The notes: generated by a model not told the origin, from the sequence alone. 64,000 bases of DNA from Octopus bimaculoides (GCF_001194135.2 NC_068984.1:80199345-80263344); one strand, 5' to 3'. Positions 24,239-38,700 are shown, counted from the first letter of the stretch. Numbers and translations: made by a program.

Positions 24239-26789
24239 ATACATACGCATACATATATATATATGTCAATAAGTGATAGATGTATTCTGACTAATCACAA
24301 CAGTTGTGGACAGTCAAGGGCAAAACTCAGAGTACACTGTTAGGTATGTATCTGCTTTACCCACTGTACTGAGTTCTATATCAGACTCTGTTTGTGTTAT
24401 GGGAATTATATGTTTGTTTCATTTTACAACACTTGTGTTATTACTTATACTCAGACATGCACATGCACCATCATGTATGAAATACATAAATACACATCTG
24501 CATTGTTGTCATGCTTGTGTACTAAAAATTAAAACTTGTTTACACTTCCTATATTTTAACATACACAATAACAAGCACATACAATTCGACATACAGTGCA
24601 ATATTGATTTTAGAACAAAGAACTTCTTAACCCAAAGTAACTTCTTAACACCTGTCAATTGAACAGTGTCAGGTATTAGTAAAATCTATTGAACATGGAT
24701 TTAAAATTATTTGTCTCTTTTGTCTTGAAATAAATGACAAAAGACTGTACGAAAGAAACACCACAAGGGTAATAGGATGGGTATAAAATGGGATATGTAT
24801 ATAATGTTATTTAAAGTATGTTTCTGAAATGGAAACAAGGATCTGGAGTCCATTATGTACCGTGTGTGTGTGTGTGTGATTCATTATGTAAGTAATTGGC
24901 TTTAATCATTAATCAAAGTTGCAAAACTAATTATTTTGCATGCAAGCGAAATAATTAAAATCAGACATCAAATGTTTGAAATTTCCTATGCTACTCTTTG
25001 TAATCGACATCCTTCATTAATGGGTGGTTAGCTTTGGTTGTTGTTGCTGTTAATGTTGTTGCTATTATTGTTGTCATCGTTAGCCCCAGGCTTGGTTTTA
25101 ACTGAGCATATATATTATGAAAGACATTCCAGCTATGATTGTGCTATCTCTCTTTCTATTCGATATAGTTCATCTATACTTTGCACAATTTTCATCTATA
25201 CTTTACACATTTTTTTTTGTCTGTTTGTTACCTTTCATCACAGTGGGTGAACAGTAGCATAATTGGTTACAGGTTTCCAATTCACCAATCACTGTTTCAA
25301 TATATTTCTGATGGTTTGAATAACATTTCTCTTACAAATCTGTGTAACTCATTGTTGAATAAATATCACAAGAATCTGTGAATGTGTTCAAATGCACCAG
25401 TTTTCATTTTTCTTGCTGACATTGATGTTTTTAGCTGTTATCATCATTTTATATCCATTTTTCATGCTGGTATGGAGACAATGAATCGCTACAGTCTAAG
25501 TCAGTTCTTATTTACAGTTACAGCCTTCCTAGACAGATCAGGAACCATGCCTTATATGTACATTCCATTTTTAGTATGGTTTCTATGTCTGGATGTCCTT
25601 TCTCATGCCAATCTCTTTAGAGTACACTGACTTCATTTTATCATTGCACCAACACTAGTGAAGTTGTCTTGTGCCACATAAGACCAAAGAGTGAGCCCTC
25701 TCTATTCTATATTGTCTCCGTTTGTTTGGGGCAATGTGACTGAGCAAGTGAATGGGAGAGAGACGTAGGGGAGAAGTAGAGGGAAAGAAAGAAACACAGT
25801 GGAAAATGAGAAAGAATGATGACAGAAAAAGTAGAATAAGAAAGTAAAGGAAGAGAGAATATGAAGGGAAAAAGACAGTGATTGGAATGAGAGAACAGGA
25901 ATAGAAGAGAGCAGTTGATGGCAACACTAAGCTGGTCATTTGGAAGGAGGATTAGTGGCATAAAAGGAACAGCAATATGATGGAGTGAGAAGAAATGACA
26001 AGGTGATAGAAAAGAGAGTATTTAATGTGAGAAATGAGACAGGGGGATGTATGTTAAAATGAGTAATAACAATGGAATAACTGTGTGTGTGTGAAAGCAA
26101 GAGAGTGAATGAGGGAAGGGAGATGGATAGCAAGAGTTTGTTGATTGTAAGAGAGGGTGATACATGTCAAAACTGAGTGACCGGGATAAGAAACAGTTAT
26201 GTCTGGCAACAGAGAAGAGTGTTGGTTGGGAATATTGATTAATCACTGGCAAATCTGAGGCTATAAGTTACTCAAGTGCCATGATGTAAAGGAGGTAAGC
26301 ATGCTGGCTGGGATGATTGAATATGGACAGATCTAATGTTACTTGTGTTATACAGATGTTGTGGTACAATGAATAGAAGTTGAGTGACCAATGACAGCAT
26401 ATGAAGGGGATGAGAAGTAGATGGAAGCTTAACAGGAACATAATAGTTGAGGGAGCCAAGTATAGATACTAGTTTCAAATTTTGGTATAAGGCCAGCAAT
26501 TTCTGGAGAGGGGTAATTCAAATTCATCAACACCAGTATGCAAGTGGTACTTATTTTATCAACCTTGAAAGGATGAAAGACAAAGTCAACCTCAGCAGCA
26601 TTTGAAATCAGAACTTGAAGACGGATAAAATGTTACTTAGCATTTTGCCTGGTATGCAAATGATTCTGCCAGCTACCTGCTTTGCAAAAAAAAACAAATA
26701 TTATAGCTGCCATTCTAAACACATTTGTAACATCCAGTTTATCATACTAGAATGAATGGGCAGGTCCTCTCTAGCATTGCATTTTATCA

Positions 26790-27165
26790 ATAATTGAGCT
26801 TCTTTATCATCTTATTTATGAGTTTCAGTAATTTGAGATTGGTCTTTGCTACTTTGTCCTATTTCTTCCAAGATGTTCCACTTCCACAGGCTCCTTTCAC
26901 TCTAACCAAACAGAATTTCTTTATAAAGCTTACATCCCCCATAGCTATCATATATGCCTCAACCAGTGTAATCTCCTTTCTTGCACATCACCACATCTCA
27001 TTTCTTTCATATCCAGTTTTTCCCTCAGTTCATTTGTGCTGTGTCATTTATGTACACTAATACTACATCATGTCCTGAAGTATGCTAGCTTCTTTTCTTT
27101 CTAGTCTTCACAAATCCTCTGCATTCTTGGCCTACATCTTACTACCATGCAGTATTGTACTTTAT
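26790..27165 (-). mobile_element. Old RTE LINE 3' fragment
   Basis: Aligns by eye to 5100-5345 ('taatactac...cttcacaaatcctctgca...catgcagt.ttg'). Confidence 0.55.
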
Positions 27166-27432
27166 ATATAAGCATCAGATAATCTGGAATTCTCTTTCTA
27201 GGAGTTGAACTCTTTATTCCCAGCAGAAATAATAGTTCCCTGGAATATTTTCATCTTGTTTTTATTCTGGTATTTGCAATATATGCAACCTAAAGAAGAG
27301 ACAAATTACCACAAAGACTAATTTATAGACTCAGTTCCGCTTGAGGTTACTTTAGATCTTTTGGACCCAATGTTTAACTACTTCACAATGATGAAGTTCT
27401 GAATTCAATCCTCTTCATCTCTTCATCTTCAG

Positions 27433-27579
27433 CCCTTGTGAGTAAAATTGAATGGCTGAAAATTGTACAAAAGAGTGGGGGCCATCAGATGGATTGTAAC
27501 CTCAATTCAAAGGGTTGGGCTTGTTATATGCACCGTCATGCAGATTCTGATTACAGAGGATTAATATTAATGATGTCAG
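27433..27579 (+). CDS. Candidate internal exon (147 nt, phase 1-1): LVSKIEWLKIVQKSGGHQMDCNLNSKGWACYMHRHADSDYRGLILMMS
   Basis: Pyrimidine-rich acceptor 'ctcttcatctcttcatcttcag', donor 'CAG|gtatct', open frame, length divisible by 3; no homology recognised. Confidence 0.3.
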
Positions 27580-28699
27580 GTATCTGTTGAACCCTCATCC
27601 TCTTACACTGTAATTTAATGAGCAGATATCATTGTCAAAACTGACAGGAAGATTCTTCATTCATTGAACATGCATAAAAGTTGGTCAGCTTTTACTCTCA
27701 GATTTTGGCCAGAAACATAAAACAAGGAGTTAAAGAAGGTATTGTATTTAAATTGCTGCTGAGTCACTTAATTTCTGAAGAAATGGTTATTACATATTTA
27801 TATTATTTGCTAAAGAAAAATTTTTAAATATTTAAAAAACATGTTTAGACAAAAAATAATCAATTTTTTAATCAAAATCCGGAAATTATCCCATATTAAA
27901 ATTCAGATTAAAATATTTTTGCATGATAAATGTATCTATTTCCTGGCAAACATTAATTAATGAATATAAAATTCCTAATTTGTCTCATTTATTCATTGTG
28001 ATGGTTTAACACAAACTGCAGCTTCTAAACTTAGAGTTTAAGTACTACATCACATTACAATTTGTGTCTAGGGAGGATAATTTTTTTCCCAACATTTAAC
28101 AAGCAAAGAAAGTTTGTTAATGAATTTAAATAATATCATATTTTAAATGCAAAAAAAAAAATGTTTAAGTTAATAAGAAATTTTCTACATAACACAAGTA
28201 TGGCTATGTGGTTAAAAAGTTTGATTCACAATCATGTTTCCAGGTTTAATCTTATACAGTACCTTGGTTTGGTGCTTCCAAGCAAAACCTCAGAATGACC
28301 CGTATTCTCTGGGTAAAACCTGGTAGATTGAAACATCATAGTATACACGGATCTGTTCCTGGATAATAGATCTAATCCACCACCCTTTTTAACACAACCA
28401 TCTGATCCTTTGGTGCTAGTATTGCACAGTTTCCCAGCTTTTTTTTTACTAAAAGTCTACCTAAAATGCTTTAAATGCTTACATCCACTTCCAACTTTTA
28501 CCTCTGTGTAGCAGCTCTAATTACAATTAATGAATGTAAACTAATTTATTAGTTTAGTTATAAAAGTGCATTTAGTAATATCATCAAAATAAGAATAATC
28601 AAGATAGTAGACATTGTTTATTAATATGATTAAAATAGAATAATATGAATCTCCTATGTTAATCATAAAGCTGCTATATTATTCTTGTAACAGGTTTAT

Positions 28700-30400
28700 G
28701 GATGTAGTCTTTGTTGTTGATGACCAGCAGTAAGTTTTGCAATATTGGGTTCCAAATTTGATAAAAGAAGTCTTAACTCTCCACACTGCACAACTGTTAT
28801 TCAGTTCTATTCTTGGTTAAAATTTGCATTATTGTATTTTCCCACCAGGCATGATGGAAAACCAGTAATAGTTTGGCTTCTTTCCACACTAAAGGAAATT
28901 TCATACTACATATTTTCCTTATATCTTGGTTTTTCAAAAGTCATTATTACTTCTTCATGATATCCCTAAATTCGATTTTATGTACTACTGTTTGGCACAT
29001 AAATGAGGATTTTTGCCTCGTGAGAAATTCTTAGTTTGATCAAGTTAACTTGTTTCTCAAAACCTATCCTTTGATTGTCGAAGACGCATATAGTTGGTCC
29101 TCCGATTACCATCCATAAATAACTGTGAACTGCCAAAAGTTCCTTCTACCAAACTTTTTCTAGTGCAACTTAATTTTAATTATAAAGCTGTTGTCTGTAT
29201 TCTTTTCATGTATTAGATTAAAATTATTCTCTGACACTTGCGAATTCAGGCTGTACAACTTGTCACAAATGCAGCTAAATAAGCTACGTCTCCATAAATA
29301 TAGCTATTATCTTTTACCACTTGGTCATTTGGTTTATAAGTAAAAATTCAATAATTATGTCATAAAGCTGGAAGAAGCCTTTCAAATAAGACCTTTTGAC
29401 AACCGACAACCTTCAGCATTGAGAAGTAGTCTTTCAAAATTTTCAATATTCCATTCACATAAGTGACAGAATAATGTGGTGTTTAAGAACTAAGCTTTGA
29501 TTTTGTTAACAGCAAAAATTACGAAAGCATAGCTTGAAGACAGCTGCTCGTTAAGCCTTTTAACAACAAGATATTGACAATGAACTAATAGTGAATTACA
29601 AATAGAGTAGATATTTTCTTCTTTTATATATGACACCTGATAAGTTTGGCAACCTGTCATAGAAAGTGCACCAACAGTTGCACATGCTATCATATTGCTA
29701 AAAGGGATATTGTTATTTTCAAAGTAAGTGCTTAATACTTTAGAAAATTGTTTGTCTCTTAGTATCTGTTTACAATGATTTATAGAAAAGCTTTTCTTCA
29801 TAGATTTTCCTTTTTTTTTTTTAACAAAATGAACATAAGCCATCAATAAAACCTCTTTGTCTTGTACAGTTGATTCATCAAACTATATACTAAAAACAGT
29901 CTTTTGCAGTTCTATGCCCAACAGATTTTCAATATTCTCCTCCGTTTCATCAGTCCAGCAAGATACAGAGTTATTGCTGAGAAGAACCAATTTCAAAATA
30001 TCTATATTGACTTTATGGAGTATGATATAAACATCAGAAACTGAAGGGTATAGTCAGTGTCGCTCCAATTCTGTGTAGCTTCCACATTTAATTACTAACT
30101 GTGATATCTTGAATAAAGCAATGAAGCAACTGTCAGGTTTTGGTTTGAACTTTTTAAATATTTCTAGAATACAGGGTCTTTCAAATGTCACTTTCATCTT
30201 TTGCAACTGTATTGTATTATATAAACATTTTTTTTCTATATAAACGCTTTAATTATTCTTTAAGTAACATACTTTTAAAATAATTTAAGAATGTAGTTAT
30301 CCAGTGTGTCCACTCTTTGCTTATATTTGATTAAATGCCATCAAAGAACATTTTCATTGCTATTACTGTCGTTATTGTTGAACTTCATCGTGGAAAGGCA
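28700..30400 (-). pseudogene. Decayed hAT transposase of the Buster/ZBED5-like group
   Basis: Broken frames give LSNNSVS..DE...FDEST...LLMAYVHF, ACAT.GA.SMTG, HCQ.LV.K, AVNKIK, LSKG, and a C-terminal G.LRLLLSNLEPNI.KL..HQ; many stops. Confidence 0.85.
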
Positions 30401-31008
30401 TGTCTGGGAGTACTTTCTAGATGAATTTAGGAAAATAACATTTTTTCCATTTGGTCTGAATAGAATGCCCTAATAAGGAGCAATTGCCTAGAATTGAATT
30501 GCTCTATTCAGCTGAAACTCCAATTTTCATATTCAAATGCACAAATTTACAAATAATCACAATTTTTATAGATGATGAAGGTAGTCAGTCAAGATATATA
30601 ATATATCCAAACTGGAAGTGATAATAATATAATAATGTAATATAATTTTGCTCATTATCTCCTTTATGTTTTTTAACAGCACACCACTATCATATAATTT
30701 AGCATATGACTCCTCTCGGGGTTTTAAATTCTTTGCCACCTGCTTTTTAGGGTTAGTATGGATCCTTTTGTGAACAAAAGTAGTTTTTTCATGCTAGCAT
30801 GGGTCATATGAATATATTCATGATGCATTGTTTCGTAGATAGAGGCCTGTCCAATTGTAAACCCTTAAGTGTTAGGGTCACTTGTTTCACACGTCTTCAA
30901 AGTGAAAAACCAATGTACAACACATTGATAAGTGAAATGACATTATCACCATGTATACCTGAGCAATTTTTGGAGAAGCACAAATATAAACAACACACAC
31001 ATTCTCAT

Positions 31009-31048
<40 letters not shown>

Positions 31049-32009
31049 GCAGCACACATACACACATATGTGCACATTTACATACATGCACACAAACACA
31101 TAATTTATACACCAACATATTTACACGATTGTCTTGTTTCAGTTTCTGTCTACCAAATCCATATATGTATGTATACATGTATGTATGTATGTTTGTATGT
31201 ATGTATGTATTTATGTATATAAAATAATAATAATGATAATAATAATAGCTTGGCTCATAAAGAGTCTCATTGTGAACATCTGATAAGGTAGATGTGTTAG
31301 TTTGTGAATGTATGTATGTAGAAAATATGTTGTAATATATGTAATATATGTATATATATGCACACACACACACACACATGTTTTACATGAGATAAACATT
31401 AACTGACATGGAATTCAATACCTTTTGGAAGTATGAACAGATATATTTATGAAAATGACAAAATGAGTCTGTACAAGTCTCTCCCTTTATTAATCATTGC
31501 ATCACAATCAGTCAAAGCAAGACTCATGTAGACTGTCACCTTTTTTTATTGATTTTGATATGTGGACCATCTCCCTTCTCACTCTTCTTGTCAAGATACA
31601 CACACACACATAATATATATGTGTGTATGCATGTGTGTGTGCTACCATTTATACTGTGTGTGCTACCCATTTATACTGTCCATATAAACATGAAATAGCA
31701 CTAACTGAAATGTTTTGTGTCAGAGAAACATTTCAAAAAGACTTGCAATATACGCGCACACACACACACACACACACACATATAAGTGATAGTTTTATGT
31801 TCAGGTATACAACTTGCTATATACCAATGCACCACAACTATTTCTACAGCATTTCACCTGCAAGTCACCAGTACACAATGGGTCGAAGTGATCAGAGTGA
31901 ATAATAAAGAGTCTCGTGAATTTCATCTTCTTTCTCTCACTTTTACACACACACACACAATATATATATATACATACACATATACACACACACTTGTATA
32001 TACACACAT

Positions 32010-32074
<65 letters not shown>

Positions 32075-32842
32075 TATACATATGTATATACACACACATA
32101 CACACCGACACTCATATGTGAGTATATATGTGTATGCATGTGGTGATTAAATTTTCCTTGTGGTTCTACCATCTCATTCTTTTGGAGTAATTATGAGTAT
32201 ATTTTCCCCTTTTATGTCTCATTACTAAATAGTAATATGTTACTCTTGACAGTCCTGTTTTGCATAATTATGTCATAACTATACGAATGAAAATATTAAG
32301 TGACTTCTTTCATAATTCTTCACAGTAATGGTAAGGTCTGTTTTCAAAGTTTTTCAACACACATAATATTTTCCTTATCTTTCTCATTACCATTTCCTGC
32401 TGCTTGTTTAGAAAGTTATTAATAATTATTCTATATAATAAATTATTCTTTTCGCTATTCTCATATTTCTATTTTGTATTTCAGTAATTCATTGCTTAAC
32501 GATTTTGTTTTTTGTTGTTTGTTAAATGTCTATTAGGGTTGCTTTGTTTCTTTTTAAATGTCATATTAATTTTAGTGGATTTATTGAAGTGTAGCATTGA
32601 CCAAAGTTGAGTGTGTATGTGTGTGTGTGGCATGAGATGTTAGAATTCTTGCTTGGTGGGTGAGTTGTCAGTTCAGAGTCCATTGCTGGTGTTATACTGC
32701 TCTGTGGACAAAGGTACAAGATAGATAGAGAATGAGAAAGACAGAGAAACAAAAGAAAAGACAGGCAGAGGTAAATGGACAGAGATAGAAAGGCAGATGA
32801 GTAGAGTGAGAAAGAGAGGTGGGTACATAAGCGTACCTTTTA

Positions 32843-33278
32843 TCTTTTCTCTTTTACTTTTTACTTGTTTCAGTCATTAGGTTATGGCCATGCTGGGGCA
32901 CTGCCTTCAAGAATTTTAGTTGAATGTATTAACCCCAGTTCTTTATTGTTTTTTTTTTTAGCTTGGTACTTATTTTATTGTTTTCTTTTGCCAAACTGCT
33001 AAGTGACAGGGAAGTAAACACAACAACACTGGTTGTCAAGCGGTGATGGAGGGGAGAAACAAACAGATATAAAGACACACACACATAGATATATCCACAC
33101 ACACACACACAAATATATATATAGGCTTCTTTCAGTTTCCATCTACCAAATCCACTCACAAGGCTTTGGTTGGCCTGAGACTATAGTAGAAGACACTTGT
33201 CCAAGGTGCCATGCAGTATGACTGAACCCAGAACCATGTGGTTGGGAAGCAAGCATCTTACCACACAGCCACACCTGT
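32843..33278 (-). mobile_element. tRNA-derived SINE family A
   Basis: Family A head and tail motifs. Confidence 0.85.
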
Positions 33279-33480
33279 GCCTACATATATTTTTATTTGT
33301 ATACATAGAATGTGATAGTTGCATAAAAGGTTTGAAACTGGTAGGGGAAAACCTTTTGTTTTCTCATTGGAGACTTAAATGCAAATAAAAATTTTATTCT
33401 ATATTCCAATGTACCAAATCCTTCAATGTTTTACTTGGCTTTTTAATCTCTTGCCTTTCATCAAGAGTCATGTGTATATC

Positions 33481-33640
33481 ATCATCATCATCATCATCGT
33501 TTAACGTCCGCTTTCCATGCTAGCATGGGTTGGACGATTTGACTGAGGACTGGTGAAACCGGATGGCAACACCAGGCTCCAGTCTGATTTGGCAGAGTTT
33601 CTACAGCTGGATGCCCTTCCTAACGCCAACCACTCAAAGA
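33481..33640 (-). mobile_element. Family C repeat, young subfamily (3' part)
   Basis: Nearly identical to 63793-63946. Confidence 0.85.
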
Positions 33641-33720
33641 CGACATATGAGTGTTCAGCTTTTGGTGAACAGCTTGCATAGATCATTTGTTTATAGTAAT
33701 CAAACATATGTGCTATACAT

Positions 33721-33766
<46 letters not shown>

Positions 33767-33786
33767 CTCCCTCTCTCTTTTTCTCC

Positions 33787-33835
<49 letters not shown>

Positions 33836-34069
33836 AAATGTTGCCTGAACAAGTGCATGGTGTACCATGTATCAGGTGTCAAAGTGATTGCAAAGCAATG
33901 TGAAATGAAGTGTTTTGCCCAAGAGCACAATGTACCATCTGGTCTTGGAATTGAAACCATGATCTTGTGATCATGAGTGCAACATTTTAACCATTAGGCC
34001 ACACACTCTCACTCATCTGTGTGTGTGCATGTTTGTGTTTGTTTGTGTGTGTGTGTTTGTATTTGTGTG

Positions 34070-34585
34070 TGTGATGTGTATGGATGAGGACAGTTGTGCA
34101 AAGAAGTTCCAAGCTCTAATTGTGGAGGGTGCCTGTGGAAGGTGTAGACTCAGGGAGACATGGGATGAAGTGGTGAGAAAGGATCTTCAGATGCTGGGCC
34201 TCACTGAGGAAATGACAAGGTAGATCACAATATGTGGTGATTTGCTGTACTTGAAAAGATGCAGTCAAGCTTAGTAAAATTGCTGTCTTCCACATGTACA
34301 GGCTTGTTCTTTCAGGTACTGGTACCACTTAAAATGCACCCACACTGGTGCTGTCAAAACACATTTGTGCCTGTGCTGTGTCAATGCACCTGTGCTAGTG
34401 GCACATAGAAAGCACCCAGTGCACTCTGTTAAGTGGTTGGTGTTAGGAAGGGCATCCAGCTGTAGAAACCATGCCACTACAGACAATTGGAATGTGGACA
34501 GCTCCCAGCTGGCCAGCTCCATATCAAACCTTCCAACCCATGCCAGCATCTAAAACGGATGTTAAACGATGATGATGATGATGTT
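34070..34585 (+). mobile_element. RTE LINE 3' end running into a family C-type tail
   Basis: MDEDSCAKKFQALIVEGACGRCRLRETWDEVVRKDLQMLGLTEEMT followed by the family C sequence and (GAT)n. Confidence 0.8.
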
Positions 34586-34635
34586 GATATATGATGACTG
34601 CTCCATCTGCACGAGATGATTGCTGTCTCCTTGTG

Positions 34636-35447
34636 TTATGTATGTCACTACTTCAACATGGCTGTTCTGTATGAACCAACGTTACTATCATTTTTTTAAC
34701 CCCAAGAGAATGCCTCCTCTAGCTGGTTATTGATGCAATAGTTACTGCTTCCATCTCTTATAGAGATTTTGTTGTCAAGGGCATTTCTGACTTTCTATCC
34801 ATGACCTCTCAGATGACTCCTCAGTCCCACTGTTGATCTGCATGGATCATAGGTGAGATATAGAAGTTGTAACCTTCAGTGCACTTGCAACAGTATAAGT
34901 CTGTACATGTCACCACTTTTCCATTGTCATAGGACTTTCAGTAAATACAACGACAATCAAGTTCACCACAAAGCAACATCTGCATGTCATTGGATTTATA
35001 GTGATAAACACTTGTACAACATGAGTGCCACTCTCTGAATCTCCATGCTTAGTACCTAGTGACAGGCCAAAGTGAGATATATCCGATCAGTAATCTTGCG
35101 AAACCATGGCTTTTACATCAGTCTCCCATTCCTACAAGGATGCTATGAGAACAGCTAGTTCTTTATTCCTGGTGGTTCTGTTGCATGCCTGACACCAGCC
35201 AAGGGTATTTCTACATCCCAGTACTCAGATGGACTGTTATCATATATGATAGACGGGACCCAGACAGATGTTAATATTCCAGGTCAGAGTGACTCTGGGA
35301 ACAATAGTGTCTAAGAGGTGGTTCGACAATTCTCAAAACTATGGAACTCCTGAACCAGAGTCCCACTATTAGATGTAGTTTAAAGTCATAACTAAGTCAT
35401 ATATGCATGCACAGATACACATGCACATACAAACACATACACATACA

Positions 35448-35502
<55 letters not shown>

Positions 35503-35773
35503 CAACTAACATATTTTCATGATTTACCATGCCAGTTTTGAAACAAATCAGATGAAGATGTAATACATTAGCACTTAGTATTGATCAAAATACATGGAGG
35601 AGATGGGCTTCACTTTCATTGAACAACTTCCTATTTAGAAAATCTCTATAAGAGATGAAAGCAGTAACTATTGCATCAATAACCAGCTAGAGGAGGCATT
35701 CTCTTGGGGTTAAAAAAATGGTAGTAACATTGGTTCATACAGAACAGCCATGTTGAAGTAGTGACAAACCTAA
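34636..35773. repeat. Pair of 135-bp near-identical inverted repeats (34636-34770 and 35639-35773)
   Basis: About five mismatches by eye; the spacer holds old repeats and microsatellites. Confidence 0.9.
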
Positions 35774-35838
35774 CTTCATATTTATTTATTATTATCTTTA
35801 AAACTACCATTATATGTGTGTGCCCACATGTGTGTCGG

Positions 35839-35888
<50 letters not shown>

Positions 35889-36689
35889 CCAGTAAAGTCT
35901 ACCTTGCATTGAGCTACAGTAACAGAAACCACTCTACTGAAACCACTCACCAGGCTTTGGTCAACCCAGGGCAATAGTAGAAGAAACTTGCCTAAGATGT
36001 CACACATGGCTTGGAAGAAAACTTCTCACCACACTTCTTACCAACTTCTTACCACACAGGCACAGTTATGCCTGCACCTCTAAATTGGCTACTTTATTTT
36101 TGAAATCAGCAATGCCATCATCCGACGATATATTTTCCTTCTCCTAATCACTTTATATTCTGATAATCATCAATCAATAACATCGTAAACAAATCTGTTC
36201 TTACTTAAAGATAATAATATCACTTCAACACCTTCATTGTCATGCTCTATTTAAGTGTTTTAAGTAAATCATAATTACGAATAAAATAATAACAGTTTTA
36301 TTAACAAGAAATAAAACAACCATTTATCATTCTATTAAAGATATAATTTTCTTAATCATTATGATAGACACTGGCATGGCTATGTGGTAAGAAGTTTGCT
36401 TTCCAACCACATGGTTTTGGGTTCAGACCCACTGTATGACATGTTGGATAAGTGTCTTCTACTATAGAAGTTTAGAGGGTAGGGTTAGTCAATTTAATGG
36501 ACCACAGTACTTGACTGGTATTTTATTTTATTAATCCTACGATGAAAGTTAAAACTTACCCCAGCTGGATTTGAACTCAGAATGTAAAGAGCTGGAAGAA
36601 ATACCTCGACACATTTTGTTCCAACACTAAGGATTCAGCTTAACAACAACAATAATAATATTTTCTTACTATTATATTTCAGGAAGGTC

Positions 36690-37030
36690 TTTTTATTTCT
36701 GCTAAATAAATACATGTACTATAGGTTCATTCTTCACTTTGTCTGAAAATCTTTTGTCACACATCTGTGACCTCTTCAGTGACTCTCCATCTCATGTGTC
36801 TCCTCTTGTTCTGTTTAGTCCAGTTTGTCTTTCTAGAAAGATTTCCAGACAAAGGATATAAAATAAGAACAATAATAAATCTGAAGTGAAGAACAAATAT
36901 ATTGTGTGTATGTTTATTTGGCGAAAAAAAAAAATGGCTATCCCAAAATATAACAATATCTGTTTCAACTCACGTTCTCACAGCACGAATCTGGCAAAAA
37001 ATATTACATAAACATAGAATTCTCTCTAAT
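36690..37030. mobile_element. Second copy of the hairpin element with a hammerhead-like core
   Basis: Arms about 36692-36738 and 36883-36932; minus strand CTGAAGA-G-GTCACA-gatg-TGTGAC-AAAA. Confidence 0.55.
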
Positions 37031-38039
37031 TTTGAAACAAAACCAGTAACTGTGAGAGGTGGGGGAGTTAATTACATCCCCCCCTGTGCTCATTGGTACA
37101 TATTTTATTGACATCAAAGAAACAAAAGGCAAAGTTGACATCTGTGGCATTTGAACTCAGAAAATAAAGACAGGTGTAATGCTTCTGAGCATTTTGTCCA
37201 ACATGCTAATGATTCTGTCAGCTGGCTGCATTATTAACAACTAACTGGTCCCCTGCCATCAAAAATGACAGCTAATTATGGTATTTTATATATAAATAAT
37301 ATACAAAACCATTTTTTTTTTGCTTAATAATTCTTTTATTACCAAATGTTTTGTGAAAAATCTCTCTGCAACTAATATCTCTTGACTGCTTGTTTTCTTC
37401 GAAAGAATTTTAAAGTTTTCCTTCCTTGTACAACTTAAGGCCACATAAAGCTGGCTGTGACTAAATACGGGATAGAATATGGATGGTAAATTAAATTAAT
37501 ACACTTGTCACTGTTATCTAGTGGTTGTCTTTTGAGATGTGACTTTGATCATCGTTTGTTACTGAAAGAACGCTGGTTCACACATGCAAACATTCATATA
37601 CTTCCCTTGTACACGTACACACATACACTCACACAGAGTTGAAACACTGTTTGATTTTTCTTTTCAGCATTGAATGTACACCATTCCACTTCCATTGCAC
37701 ACACACACTAGCATTCACATACCTCCCTTTTACATACATACACATATACTCTCACAGAGTTGAAACGATGCTTGATTTGTTATTCACTGTAGAGTTTCCA
37801 TCATCCCACTACCAAGTTTGCCATCACCCCTTCCTTCCTTATTCATCTATTATCTCTTCCTTTCTCATTTATATGTTGTGACAGAGAAAAATACAACAGT
37901 ATTATTATAGTAGATAATAAAAGTGATATTCAGATTTTGGCACAAGGCCAGCAATTTCGATGAATTTTAGGGGAAGATGGATGAAATGCTGCCAAGCATT
38001 TTGACTGGTACACTAATGATTCTGCCTGCTCATTTTTTT

Positions 38040-38700
38040 AAATTAAGAATTGGGAATTTAGAATTTGAAATTTAAATCTGAAATCGAAGTCAAACTGAAT
38101 CCGACGACTGGCACCCATGCCAAGCTCTCCTTCATTGGACATTAAACTCTGCTTGCGAAGACCTGTCAGGGCAAGTGAAATCGAAATTGAACCATACTCG
38201 ATGACTGGTCACCACACCAGTGGAGCCACTAACAGCACTGTTGAGCGTGTTCATTGCCAGAGCAGCTGTCTGGCTTCTGTACTAGCGGCTGTAAATAGCA
38301 CCATTAGAGCGTAATCGTTACCAGTGTTGCCTTCTAGCACTTGTGCTGGTGGCACATTAGAAAATCATTTGAGCGAAGTTGTTGCCATTGCTGCTGGTGG
38401 CACGTAAAAAACACCTTTTGAGCGTGGCCGTTGCTAGTCCTTTGTGACTGGCCCTCATGCCGGTGGCACGTAAAAGCACTCACTACACTCTCGGAGTGGT
38501 TGGCGTTAGGAAGGGCATCTCGCTGTAGAAACTCTGCCAGATCAGATTGGAGCCTGGTGCAGTTTTCTGGCTTGCCAGTTGTCNNNNNNNNNNGATTGGA
38601 GCCTGGTGCAGTTTTCTGGCTTGCCAGTTGTCAGTCAAATCGTCCAACCTATGCTAGCATGGAAAGCGGACATTAAACGATGCTGATGATGATGATGATA
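38040..38700 (+). mobile_element. Long family C repeat
   Basis: Same architecture as 18100-18575. Confidence 0.8.

Noticed and set aside
25740-26500. Purine-rich tract as an L2/CR1 endonuclease fossil (also 18840-19340)
   Set aside because: Strand bias is suggestive, but I could not read diagnostic motifs; left unannotated
27200-27290. Minus-strand terminal exon GCIYCKYQNKNK...EFNS*
   Set aside because: Short, adjacent to an RTE fossil, and conflicts with the equally unproven plus-strand model; no independent support
38545-38635. Exact 39-bp duplication in a family C repeat
   Set aside because: Also flanks a 10-N gap; assembly artefact
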